A DNA stretch of 33,831 nt from Planctomycetota bacterium. GTDB taxonomy: Bacteria > Planctomycetota > UBA11346. This document shows positions 1 through 9,223 of the stretch, one piece after another (position 1 is the first letter of the stretch; every line of letters starts with the position of its first letter). Under the pieces are notes generated by a model. The model was not told where the DNA came from, made no database searches, and was given only the letters and a program-made list of their open reading frames with translations. Position numbers and translations under genes: made by a program. The stretch lies in assembly GCA_038231435.1 (NCBI GenBank), contig JBBRLJ010000050.1, positions 1 through 33,831 of the forward strand, read 5' to 3'.

Positions 1-74
1 CCGCCCGGCGGCGAGATCGAGTCCCGACAAAGCCCGTGGGGTAGGCCCGCAGGGCCGTAGGGGCGGAGCCCCTG
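1..74 (-). repeat. REP-like structured repeat family 1, copy A (truncated by left window edge)
   Basis: Positions 26-47 GACAAAGCCCGTGGGGTAGGCC are identical to 2860-2881 and, as reverse complement, to the copies at 21013-21060, 21165-21210 and 33355-33403. Positions 1-24 resemble the continuation of the 33.4 kb copy. Confidence 0.9.
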
Positions 75-77
75 AAA

Positions 78-116
78 CAAAAAACCCTCCCAGCCGAAGG
101 CCGGGAGGGTTTTTTG
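78..116. terminator. Bidirectional intrinsic terminator
   Basis: CAAAAAACCCTCCCAGCC-GAA-GGCCGGGAGGGTTTTTTG is a GC stem with A and T tracts on either side, 12 nt past the stop of the 129..431 gene. Confidence 0.85.
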
Positions 117-128
117 TGAGGCAAAAAG

Positions 129-431
129 CTACTTTTTGTCGGACTTCTCTTCGATCTTCTTGTTGGCAACGGCGGCGTCGGCCGCGGCGGTGCCCTTCAT
201 GTCCTTGATCTTGCCGGCGCAATCGGCGCAGCAGGAACCGATCTGGACTTCCTTGCCTTCCTTGGTCTTGCCGGCGACCGGCGCGACCTTGGCGTCGATC
301 TTGGCGCCATCGAGCGGGCAGACGCTGTTGATGGCGGCCGTGGAGACAGCGGCGCCAGCGGCGGGCGCGGCGGCTTCGGCGAAGAGTGAGGTGGTGGCGA
401 AAGCCATGACGAGGGCGAGGGCGAAACGCAT
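129..431 (-). CDS. Small secreted Cys-motif protein (N-x2-CP ... CCxxC, YHS/TRASH-like putative metal-binding), 100 aa
   Basis: ATG at 431 with AAGGAGG SD at 446-440. Signal peptide MRFALALVMAFATTSLFA. Motifs NSVCPLDG and GSCCADC. Downstream terminator. Confidence 0.7.
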   Translation of the reverse strand: MRFALALVMAFATTSLFAEAAAPAAGAAVSTAAINSVCPLDGAKIDAKVAPVAGKTKEGKEVQIGSCCADCAGKIKDMKGTAAADAAVANKKIEEKSDKK

Positions 432-641
432 TGCAGGTACCTCCTTGATAGGTCCGGCCATCATTGGAAATCCACCTGCCTGTCCACGCAAATCCACCCA
501 TGTCTGCAAGGGCGTTTTCCAGCCGTATTGCTGTAAGACTAGTTGCCAAAAGATCTTAGAGAACTTCGTCTATACATTCATAAACCATTTGAAGACAGTC
601 ACTTGGGTCGACGATGCGGTGATTCCGCGAGGTTTCGCGGC

Positions 642-962
642 TCAGCTGCCAGCGACCAGGCGCCGGTCCATCCGCACCAGGAAGATCTTGCCGTCGCCGA
701 TGCGTCCGGTGCGGCACAGCGAGCACACCAGGTCGATGACCTGCTCCTTGTCGGCATCCTCGAGCACGCCGCTGACCTCGACCTTGGGCAGGAAATCGAT
801 CGCGTATTCCGAGCCCTGGTACTTGTCTAGGTGGCCCTTCTGCCGGCCGTAGCCGCGGCACTCCTGGGCGTGCAGTTCGTCGACCAAGCCGCTGGCCAGC
901 AGGCGCTGGCACAACACCTCGGCACGCTGGGGGCGGACCACGCAGACGAGGCGGAGAGTCAC
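642..962 (-). CDS. P-II family nitrogen regulatory protein (GlnB/GlnK-like, divergent)
   Basis: T-loop GYGRQKG...YQGSEY..DFLPK and B-loop TGRIGDGKIF are PII signatures. GTG start. Confidence 0.9.
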   Translation of the reverse strand: MTLRLVCVVRPQRAEVLCQRLLASGLVDELHAQECRGYGRQKGHLDKYQGSEYAIDFLPKVEVSGVLEDADKEQVIDLVCSLCRTGRIGDGKIFLVRMDRRLVAGS

Positions 963-1062
963 GAACGTCCGTCGTCCATCGCTGAGATCACATCGCGAGG
1001 ATAATATCTCGCCGTGGCTCGCGCTCCAGGTGGTCCGACCACGGACAACGCACGACTAACCT

Positions 1063-2031
1063 TCACGCCTTGACCGCTTCCTCGATGACCGAGCCGATCG
1101 CGCGGTACTTGCGGTACCTCTGCTCGAGCAGCTGGTCGATCGGCAGCGCCTTCAGCTCGCCGACATGCCGGGCCAGCACGTCGCGCAGCGCGTGGGCCAT
1201 CGCCAGTGGTTGGCGGTGGGCGCCGCCCGCGGGTTCCTCGACGATCTCGTCGACGATGCCGAGTTTCTTGAGACGCTCGCCGGTGAGGCCCAGCCGTTCG
1301 GCGGCGATGTCCTTCTTGGCGCCGTCCTTCCACAGGATGGCGGCGCAGCCTTCGGGGCTGATGACGGAGAAGTAGCTGTTCTCGAGGATCAGCATGCGGT
1401 CGCCGACGCCGATGCCGAGCGCCCCGCCCGAGCCGCCCTCGCCGATCACCACCACCACCACCGGCGTGCGCAGCAGCGCCATGTCGCGGATGTTCTCGGC
1501 GATGGCGATGGATTGGCCGCGTTCCTCGGCCTCGACGCCGGGGAACGCGCCGGGGGTGTTGATCAGGCAGATCACCGGAACGCCGAACTTCTCGGCCAAG
1601 CGCATCTTCTGCATGGCCTTGCGGTAGCCCTCGGGATGAGGCATGCCGAAATTGCAGCGCCGCCGCTCGTGCACGTCCTTGCCCTTCTGCTGGCCGATCA
1701 TCATCACCGGACTGCCGTCGAGTCGGCCGAGGCCGCAGATGATGGCTTCATCGTCGCCGAACTTACGGTCGCCAGACAACGGCACGAAATCCTCGATCAT
1801 ATGGTCGATGTAGTCCGAGGACTGCGGCCGCAGCGCATGGCGCGACAGCAGCACCCGCTGCCAGGGCGTGAGCGTGGCGAAAGTGCGGCGGCTCTCGCGG
1901 TTGAGCTTCTCGCGCAGCGACTGCATCTCGGGCACCATGTTGACGCCGCTGGTCTGGCTCGCCTGCTCGAGATCGGCGATCTTCGCCTCGAGCTCGACCA
2001 GGGGATCGAGGAAATCGAAAGGGTTGCTCAC
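1063..2031 (-). CDS. accA: Acetyl-CoA carboxylase carboxyltransferase alpha subunit
   Basis: LTPWQRV..SRH, GDRKFGDDEA, NFGMPHPEGYRKA, GEGGSGGALG, VISPEGCAAILW motifs. Confidence 0.97.
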   Translation of the reverse strand: MSNPFDFLDPLVELEAKIADLEQASQTSGVNMVPEMQSLREKLNRESRRTFATLTPWQRVLLSRHALRPQSSDYIDHMIEDFVPLSGDRKFGDDEAIICGLGRLDGSPVMMIGQQKGKDVHERRRCNFGMPHPEGYRKAMQKMRLAEKFGVPVICLINTPGAFPGVEAEERGQSIAIAENIRDMALLRTPVVVVVIGEGGSGGALGIGVGDRMLILENSYFSVISPEGCAAILWKDGAKKDIAAERLGLTGERLKKLGIVDEIVEEPAGGAHRQPLAMAHALRDVLARHVGELKALPIDQLLEQRYRKYRAIGSVIEEAVKA

Positions 2032-2202
2032 GCGCTCTCCAAGTCACGGCATGGTACCCCGCCTTGGTGCCAAGGAAAAGGGCTTCGGCCGGAATCGGCC
2101 CACTCCGCCGCCGTGGCACGATACCACACGTTGAGCGGCCGCCCCGCAGGCTTCCAGGCCTGCCGGTTCCCACGCCATGATCGCACTGGTAAGCTGCTCC
2201 GG

Positions 2203-2802
2203 ATGCCTGGGCATACCGAGATCGAGCTGAAATGGGCGCTGACGCCCGAAGCCCATGCGGCTCTGGCCGGACACTTGGCGGCGGAGCTCGGTCCGGCGCA
2301 CGTCCTGCGCCAGGAGAACCGCTTCTTCGACTCGGCCGACCTGCGTTTGCGCGCGCAACGCATGAATCTGCGCCTGCGCCTCGAGAACGACCGCCTGCTG
2401 ATGACCTGCAAACAAAAGATCGCCCATCCTGGCGAAGCGTTCAGGCACCAGGAATGGGAGGTCTGGCTCGATCCCGCGCTATGGCCGCGCATCGGCGAAC
2501 CCGGGCTGGCCGCGCTGCTGCCCCTCCCGGATCATGTGCGCGAGAGCCTGGGCGGCGCGGCCCTCACCGCCTTGGGCGGCTTCGCCAACCTCCGCCACGA
2601 GTTCCACCACCGCGACGAACTGCTCTGCCTCGACCGCACCGACTTCGGCCACCGCGTCGACCACGAACTGGAGATCGAAACGCCCACGCCCGAGGCCACT
2701 TCCCGCACCTGGGGAGAACGTCTGAAGGTCTGGGGCATCCCCTACTCGCTCCAACCCACGACCAAGTTCGCACGCTACCTGGAAACGCGCGGGCATCGCT
2801 GA
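2203..2802 (+). CDS. CYTH-domain (triphosphate tunnel metalloenzyme) protein, YjbK-like
   Basis: N-terminal EIELK (ExExK), QENRFFD, LRLR, LDRT..DHELEIE, C-terminal TKFAR. Start trimmed to ATG 2203. Confidence 0.85.
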   Translation: MPGHTEIELKWALTPEAHAALAGHLAAELGPAHVLRQENRFFDSADLRLRAQRMNLRLRLENDRLLMTCKQKIAHPGEAFRHQEWEVWLDPALWPRIGEPGLAALLPLPDHVRESLGGAALTALGGFANLRHEFHHRDELLCLDRTDFGHRVDHELEIETPTPEATSRTWGERLKVWGIPYSLQPTTKFARYLETRGHR

Positions 2803-2858
2803 CGAACTCAGGCACGCGATGGCCGCACCACAGGCGGCGAAGCCAGCCTGTCACCTAG

Positions 2859-2907
2859 CGACAAAGCCCGTGGGGTAGGCCGTGAGGCCGTAGGGGCGAA
2901 GCCCCTG
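2859..2907 (-). repeat. REP-like repeat family 1, copy B (49-bp module only) between convergent genes
   Basis: CGACAAAGCCCGTGGGGTAGGCCGTGAGGCCGTAGGGGCGAAGCCCCTG is a near-identical match to 25-74. Confidence 0.9.
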
Positions 2908-2911
2908 CCTG

Positions 2912-5900
2912 TCAATGCCGCGGGAGCGCGTACGCCGAAACCGTGCCCTCGACGTCACCGACGATCACCAGGCCGCCGCGCACCAGCGGCGCCGCGACCA
3001 GCGGCACGCCGTGGGCGATCCGCGCCACCACCGCTCCGCTATCGAGCGACCACGCGATCAAGTAGCCGTGCTCGTCGGCCGTGACCACGACGTTCTCTCC
3101 GATCGCAGGTGGAACCGCGGCCGCGCTCGGGCAATCCACGTGCCACACCGGCTGCAGCCGCTCGCCCGTCCAGTTCGCGAGATCGAGTCCACGATCGGCC
3201 CGCGCCAGCGCCACCGTGGGGCCATCGGTAGCGGCCATGGCCACTCCGGCCACCACCAGCATCTGATCGCCGAGTACTTGGAGCGGGGATTGCCGCGGCC
3301 CGAGCTGGATGCACTGCAGGCTGGTGAGCGTGGGCACGAGCAGGCATTCGCCATTGCCGAGCGGGATCACCGGAGCCACGCGCTCGCCCGGGAGATCGAT
3401 GATCTGTGCCTCGGAGCCGTCCTCCTCGAGGAAGTGCACCGCGCTGTCGTCGATGACCACGACCCGATCGCCCTGGTGGGCGAGGAACGGCTGCTGCTTG
3501 CCCGAGAGCCCGCGATAGCGCCACCATTCCTGCTGGCCGTCCATCGCCACCAGGCTGCGCACGCCCTTCACCTCGTCGACGAGATAGCGCGCGCGCTTGC
3601 CCGGTCGGTAGGTGAGGTTCACCTCCATCCAGCCGTGGATGGCGGCGCGGCCGCGATGCAGGACCTGCAGGACCGCCATGGTGTGGCCGTCGATCAGGCG
3701 TACCTGGCCATCCTCGCAGCCGATGAGCACCTTGCCCTTGTCCTCGATCCATAACGGGGTGTAGCTCGGCCCCTGCATGCCAGGAAGCGGATCCATGCCG
3801 GCGAGCAGATCGCCATCGTTCGCGCGCAGCAGCGCGCAGCCGTCGAGACGCTGCACGTAGAGCCCGTCAACGGCGTAGCGGAGCTTCTCCCATGCCGCGA
3901 GCGGCTTGCCGAACTTGCGCGTCCACACCGGCGCCACGCGCAGCGACACGGTGTAGGATTTCTCTGCGAGGGCCGAGTCGGCGGGGATCACCAGATGCAC
4001 CGGGCCGTAGCCCGGGGCGGCGATGTCGACCATGGTTTCCTGGTTTCCACGCCGGCAGAAGATCCCCTGCCCGCCGGCGAGCGGCAGGCCGTCGATGCGG
4101 ATGGAGACGTCGCTCACCGCCTGACCATCCTCGCTCGCGATCACCAGCTTGCCCGGCAGCGGCAGTCCGGCGGCCAGGGCTCCGGCACGCGGGAACGCGA
4201 CGCGGAATTGGGCGGCGCGTTCGAGAGCCTCGCGGTGGCGTCCCTCCTTGCGCATGTCCTCGATGCCCTGCAGTTCGGGATGGATCTTCGACAACTGGAC
4301 CTGGGCCAGGGACAGGAGCTCGCGCGCGCGATCGAGGTCGCGCCCCGACGTCGACTTGATGGTGAGCTCAGCAGTCTCCATCACGTCTTGGAGGGAGACC
4401 GACTGGTCGGCGTATTTGGCTTCGAGCGCGCGCAGTGCGGTACCAGGCTCGTTGACCCGCACCTGGGGCTTCACGCCGCGATCGAGTTCATTCGCGGTGG
4501 CGAGCGCCTCATCGACCTTGGCGATGACGTAACCCTGCTTGAACAGGTTCACATACCAATCGTATGGCTTCTGCTGAGCGGCGAACGCGCGCAGGCGCTC
4601 GGCGCGCAGATGCTCGTCGCTGACATCCGAAATGGTGCGGTACTCGCGATCCGCGAGGAGATTGTGCGCCAGCGGCGTGCCGTACCAGGCGATGGCGGCG
4701 AGCAGGCCGACGACCACCACCAGGAACAGCATGCGCTTGAAAGCGCGGCGGATCCGGCCCCGGCCGCGTGCCGACGTGGCCTTGGCGCGCAGTTGCTGGG
4801 CGTGGTCGGAATTGGGCGAGATCTCGGACGCCTTGCGGAATTCCTTGGCTGCTTCCTCGAAGCGCCCGGCGGCGAGCAGCCGTTCGCCGCTGGTGGCGAG
4901 GCTTTCGGATTCAGAGCGCATTCCGCGCTCGCGCGCGGCATCCAGCTCCACGTTCATGCGCTTGCTGGCGCGGTTCGGCCTTTCGCCAGCGGGCTCCTGG
5001 CGCTCGGCCACAGCGCCCACGGCGCGGTGGTCGTGCGACGAACCGCTCGAGGAACTCGAGGATGCCGAGCCCAGGCCGCCACGGTGCTCATGCGACGACG
5101 CCTGGGCCGACGGCGTAGCCGGCGAAGCGGACGACGCGGGTGCCGGCGAGGATGACGAAGACGACGAGTAGGCGCGGGCAGGCGCGGCCGTTGGCGTCGG
5201 CAAAGCCGGCGGTTGTTTCGGGAGCTCGACCGGCCGCAGCCAATCGGGCAGCTGCCCGGGGACGGCGGCCTCCCTGATCTCGGCGGGCGCCTTCTTTACC
5301 GGCATCGGCGACGCCGGGCGCGCACGCGGTTCGGAAACGCGGTTCTCGTCCTTCACGGAGGTGAGAGCCTTGAGCTGGCCGCGGGTCTTGCGCAGGATGT
5401 TCGGATCACCCGAGATCCGCACCTCGAGTTGCTCGATCTCCTCGATGATGCTGTGCCAGGAATCGCAGCGGTCGGCGGGTTTCTTGGCGAGCATGCGTTG
5501 GATCAGCTTGTCGACGCTGGGATCGACCGATGGGCTGATGTCGCGCACCGACGGGATCGGATCGCTCTTGTGCTTGAGCATGATCGAAAACGGCGTCTCG
5601 CCGTCGAACGGCAGACGGCCGGTGAGGCACAGGAAGGCGGTGCAGCCCAGGTTGTAGACGTCGCTGCGATAATCGACCTCGACGCCGTCGCACTGCTCGG
5701 GGCTCATGAACGCGGGAGTGCCGACGCGTACTCCGACACTGGTGACCTCGTTCTCCTCGCCGTAGCCCTTGGCGAGTCCGAAATCGGAGACCTTGCAGAT
5801 GCCGTTGTCGGCGATCATCAGGTTGTCCGGCTTGATGTCGCGATGGATGACGCCCTTCGCGGCGGCCATCTCGAGACCGGCGGCCGCCTGACGGATGAGG

Positions 5901-6970
5901 TCGAGGATCTCGAGTTGCGGCAGGGTGGTTCGCTGGTTGAGCACCTCGCCCAGGTCGGTGCCGTCTACGAACTCTATGATCATGAAATACAGTTTGAGCT
6001 GCGGCTCTTCGCCGAAGTCGTAGATATGCAGGATGTTCGGATGGTTGATCTTGGCGAGGCTCTTGGCTTCGCGCTCGAAGCGCTGGATGAAGTTGCGGTT
6101 GCGCGCCAGATCGGGCGGCAGCACCTTGATCGCGACGCTGCGCTCGAGACTGAGCTGCCGCGCATGGTACACCGAACCCATGCCGCCTTCGCCGACCTTC
6201 TTGTCGATCACGCATCCGCGCAGATTGCGGCCAATGAGCGGATCGGGGCCCCCGGACGAGACGTCGGCGGTCGCGAAGCGGCCGCTCGCATGGTCGAACG
6301 AGGTATGGCATTGCGGGCAGGTCTGCGCCTTCGCCCCGGTAGCCGCGACGAAGCTGTGTCCGCACACCGGGCACGCCATGGTGCGGCCTTCGCCGGGCAA
6401 GGGCGTGTTCGACGCCGGCTCGAAGGTCAGCTCGGCGACCGTGTTCTGCTTGCTGCGATGGACCTGGGCTTCGCTCTCGAGGCGATCGAAGAGATCCATG
6501 TCGACTTCGACGGTGGGGGTATTGGGCGTCACTCGGGGACGAGGCGGCTCCTTGGCCTTCGAGTCCTTCGCTTCCGCAGCGCTCGAAGCCGAAGGCGACG
6601 AGGACGGCAGCACCTTCAGCGGCGGGATCACGCCGCCATGGCTTCGATCCGAATGCGGCTTCATGTCCGCGCGGCCCTCGGACGGAGCGGGATTGGCTTG
6701 CCGTGGCTGGGCACTCGGAGCGAAATCACCGTCGTTGACCTGACGGCCGGTGAGTGCGCGGCCGGCTTCGTTGCCCGGCTCGTCGGGCATGTACTCCTGC
6801 GACACGCGCGGATCGCGGGTGCGGGGGCGCTGGCGCGGAGCCGCCTGGCTGGCTGTCAGCGCGCTCTCGCCCATCCACACGTGTTCGCAAATGTTGCACT
6901 TGTACCGGCCGGTATCATCGGGCGGAGCGTCGTTCGGTGCGCGGCAGCGCGGGCAGACCACAACGGGCAT
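2912..6970 (-). CDS. Membrane-anchored Hanks-type Ser/Thr kinase with Zn ribbons, helical region, TM helix and C-terminal PQQ-like beta-propeller region
   Basis: GEGGMGSVY, VAIK, HRDIKPDN, DFG, GTPAFMSPEQ. CxxC pairs CPRC/CNIC and CPVC/CPQC. TM segment MLFLVVVVGLLAAIAWYG. PQQ-like repeats near the C terminus. Confidence 0.9.
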   Translation of the reverse strand: MPVVVCPRCRAPNDAPPDDTGRYKCNICEHVWMGESALTASQAAPRQRPRTRDPRVSQEYMPDEPGNEAGRALTGRQVNDGDFAPSAQPRQANPAPSEGRADMKPHSDRSHGGVIPPLKVLPSSSPSASSAAEAKDSKAKEPPRPRVTPNTPTVEVDMDLFDRLESEAQVHRSKQNTVAELTFEPASNTPLPGEGRTMACPVCGHSFVAATGAKAQTCPQCHTSFDHASGRFATADVSSGGPDPLIGRNLRGCVIDKKVGEGGMGSVYHARQLSLERSVAIKVLPPDLARNRNFIQRFEREAKSLAKINHPNILHIYDFGEEPQLKLYFMIIEFVDGTDLGEVLNQRTTLPQLEILDLIRQAAAGLEMAAAKGVIHRDIKPDNLMIADNGICKVSDFGLAKGYGEENEVTSVGVRVGTPAFMSPEQCDGVEVDYRSDVYNLGCTAFLCLTGRLPFDGETPFSIMLKHKSDPIPSVRDISPSVDPSVDKLIQRMLAKKPADRCDSWHSIIEEIEQLEVRISGDPNILRKTRGQLKALTSVKDENRVSEPRARPASPMPVKKAPAEIREAAVPGQLPDWLRPVELPKQPPALPTPTAAPARAYSSSSSSSPAPASSASPATPSAQASSHEHRGGLGSASSSSSSGSSHDHRAVGAVAERQEPAGERPNRASKRMNVELDAARERGMRSESESLATSGERLLAAGRFEEAAKEFRKASEISPNSDHAQQLRAKATSARGRGRIRRAFKRMLFLVVVVGLLAAIAWYGTPLAHNLLADREYRTISDVSDEHLRAERLRAFAAQQKPYDWYVNLFKQGYVIAKVDEALATANELDRGVKPQVRVNEPGTALRALEAKYADQSVSLQDVMETAELTIKSTSGRDLDRARELLSLAQVQLSKIHPELQGIEDMRKEGRHREALERAAQFRVAFPRAGALAAGLPLPGKLVIASEDGQAVSDVSIRIDGLPLAGGQGIFCRRGNQETMVDIAAPGYGPVHLVIPADSALAEKSYTVSLRVAPVWTRKFGKPLAAWEKLRYAVDGLYVQRLDGCALLRANDGDLLAGMDPLPGMQGPSYTPLWIEDKGKVLIGCEDGQVRLIDGHTMAVLQVLHRGRAAIHGWMEVNLTYRPGKRARYLVDEVKGVRSLVAMDGQQEWWRYRGLSGKQQPFLAHQGDRVVVIDDSAVHFLEEDGSEAQIIDLPGERVAPVIPLGNGECLLVPTLTSLQCIQLGPRQSPLQVLGDQMLVVAGVAMAATDGPTVALARADRGLDLANWTGERLQPVWHVDCPSAAAVPPAIGENVVVTADEHGYLIAWSLDSGAVVARIAHGVPLVAAPLVRGGLVIVGDVEGTVSAYALPRH

Positions 6971-6972
6971 GT

Positions 6973-8988
6973 CTAGATCCCGTCCCGCGGCGCCGATGCC
7001 GGACGCGGATGCTCGAGGGACGAGGACGTGGCCGCAGCCGCGGGCTTCATGCCCATCGCCGACATGATGCGGTCCTTGGCGAGGAACCCGCCCACGGCCA
7101 ACGCGATCACCACCACCAGGACCACGATCATGCGCATACGCTTGCGCGAGCTCACGCGCGAGCGCAGCGTTGCGAGCTCGCGGCTGAGGCTGATCTCCAT
7201 GCCGCTGGTCGAGGATGTCGCGTCGCTGCTGAGCTTCGCTGTCGCCTGCTCGAGCGAGGCGATGGCGCCTTTGACGTCACCGCGCTCGACCATGGATTTC
7301 GCGCGACCCATCACCTCGGAAACCTGCTGCTCGAGGTCGAGCTTGCGGACTTCGCGTTCCTTGCTGCGCAGGATGCTGCGCTGGCGGCGATCGACCTCCT
7401 TGTCTGCGAGGCGGGCGTAGATCGCCGCAGCTTCGCCATACTTGCGGCTCTCGAGCAGCCGCTGAGCCTCGGCCTCTTGCGCGCGTGCGGCCACGTCGGG
7501 GTCGGTGTCCCGCAGCGCATTGCCACATTTGCTGCAGGTCGCCAGTTCGGCGCGATTGAGCATGCCGCAGCGCGGACACGTGACCGCGTCGGCCATCTGC
7601 CGCAGGCGGCGCTCGGTGATCGGGCGCATGTGCCCTTCGGTGCCAGGAGATGATTGGTCCTGTCCGGCCGGAGGCTCGGTCGCGGGGCGGCGGGTGCGGC
7701 CGGTCTCGAGCGGCGGCGGCAGCGCTCCCACGCCCGGAGGAGGAAGCTGCGGCAGATCGCCGGCCGCCAAACCCGGTCCGCCCGGGCCCATCGGCGACGC
7801 GGCGGGAGGCAACGGAGGCACCGAGGAAGGCGGGGCCGGCAGCGGCACGCTGTTGCGATTGCTCTTGCTGGTCATCGGCGAGGGCGCCGGCTGCGGCATC
7901 TCCCATTCGCCCGTGCGCATGCTGGCGCGCTGGCTGAGCAGATGGCCGTTCAGGTCGACCCACATCACCCGGCACTGCTCGGCGGTGTCGAAACGGTCCT
8001 TCGGATTCTTCGCGAGCATGCGCAGCACCAGATCGGAGCACTCCTTCGTGATGCGCGGATTCAGCTGCGACGGAGGCGGCGGATTGTACTCGCGCTGCTT
8101 GGTCATGATCTCGAACGACGAGTGTCCGACGAACGGCTTCTCGCCGGCGAGGGCGAAGTACGCCGTCACGCCCAGCGCGTAGATGTCCGACCGCCCATCG
8201 AGGCGGCGGCCCATGCACTGCTCGGGGCTCATGTACGCGGGCGTGCCCATCGCCAGGCCGACTGCGGTGAGATCGGTGTGGTCGTTGCCAGAGACGTCCT
8301 TCGCCAGGCCGAAGTCCGCGATCTTCGCGATGCCCTCCTTGGTGATGAGGATGTTGTCGGGCTTGATGTCGCGATGCACGATCCCGCTGCCTCCGACGTA
8401 GGCGAGCCCGGCGAGGCATTGGATCATCAGCGGCGAGAGCTCCTTCGGATCGAGCATCAGCTTCTCGGAGATCAACCGCGACAGCGACGAGCCCTCGACG
8501 AACTCGGTGACCATGTACCACAAGCCGTCGCTCTGGCCAAAATCGTACACCGAGACGATGTTCGGATGGTTGATGCGCGCGATCGACTTGGCCTCGCGCT
8601 CGAAGCGCTTGATGAACTCCTGGTTGTCGTAGAGCTGCTTGTTGAGGATTTTCACCGCGACCGTGCGGTCCAGGCTGACCTGTCGGCCCTTGTAGACCAC
8701 GCCCATGCCACCCTGGCCGATCTTCTCGACCAGTTCGTAGCCACCGAAGGTCTTGCCCAGGTAGGGGTCGTGGATGGAGCCGCTTCCGGGCTGGGTCTGG
8801 ACCCCATCGGATGGCGCATCGGAATCGCGATGGATGCTGGCGGGGCCGGGCGGCGGACCCGCATCGGCGCGCGGGCCCCTGCTCGACTGGGCTGCCGAGG
8901 CGGCGATCCCGCCGTTGCCGCCCAGACCGCCGATGGCGGGCAGGTCAGGCAACTCGCCAGGCGGTGGATTGTCTTCACCGATCGCCAT
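6973..8988 (-). CDS. Membrane-anchored Hanks-type Ser/Thr kinase with Pro-rich linker, Zn ribbon and C-terminal TM helix
   Basis: GQGGMGVVY, VAVK, HRDIKPDN, DFG, GTPAYMSPEQ. CPRCG..N......CSKCG Zn ribbon. TM MIVVLVVVIALAVGGFLA. Confidence 0.92.
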   Translation of the reverse strand: MAIGEDNPPPGELPDLPAIGGLGGNGGIAASAAQSSRGPRADAGPPPGPASIHRDSDAPSDGVQTQPGSGSIHDPYLGKTFGGYELVEKIGQGGMGVVYKGRQVSLDRTVAVKILNKQLYDNQEFIKRFEREAKSIARINHPNIVSVYDFGQSDGLWYMVTEFVEGSSLSRLISEKLMLDPKELSPLMIQCLAGLAYVGGSGIVHRDIKPDNILITKEGIAKIADFGLAKDVSGNDHTDLTAVGLAMGTPAYMSPEQCMGRRLDGRSDIYALGVTAYFALAGEKPFVGHSSFEIMTKQREYNPPPPSQLNPRITKECSDLVLRMLAKNPKDRFDTAEQCRVMWVDLNGHLLSQRASMRTGEWEMPQPAPSPMTSKSNRNSVPLPAPPSSVPPLPPAASPMGPGGPGLAAGDLPQLPPPGVGALPPPLETGRTRRPATEPPAGQDQSSPGTEGHMRPITERRLRQMADAVTCPRCGMLNRAELATCSKCGNALRDTDPDVAARAQEAEAQRLLESRKYGEAAAIYARLADKEVDRRQRSILRSKEREVRKLDLEQQVSEVMGRAKSMVERGDVKGAIASLEQATAKLSSDATSSTSGMEISLSRELATLRSRVSSRKRMRMIVVLVVVIALAVGGFLAKDRIMSAMGMKPAAAATSSSLEHPRPASAPRDGI

Positions 8989-9223
8989 ACGGGACGCGGC
9001 ACCCCTCAGTGTAAGTTTAGACCTGGCTCCGTCCTAACACAAGCAGGCCTCCCGGCGGTCGCAGCGTGTTCCACGCTCACGAGGCCCTAGGCCGTGGCAC
9101 ACGCACGCGTTTGGGCGGAGGAAAAATCCGGGCGGACGAGCCGTATTCCGGGATTTCCGGGCCATCTCCGACGAAGCCCCGCTCGGAGTCCGGCCGCGGG
9201 CGTGGCGCACGCGCCAAGCGCGT

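Noticed and set aside
500..552. Sigma54 promoters on the minus strand (TGGAAAACGCCCTTGCA, TGGCAACTAGTCTTACA)
   Set aside because: GG-to-GC spacing is 11 rather than 10, or the -12 GC is missing.
1165..2202. N-terminal extensions in the ORF track (CYTH 545 aa, PilT 545 aa, LysR 419 aa, TpiA 320 aa, PdhA 425 aa)
   Set aside because: They overlap neighbouring genes or repeats. Family homology begins at the downstream starts used above.
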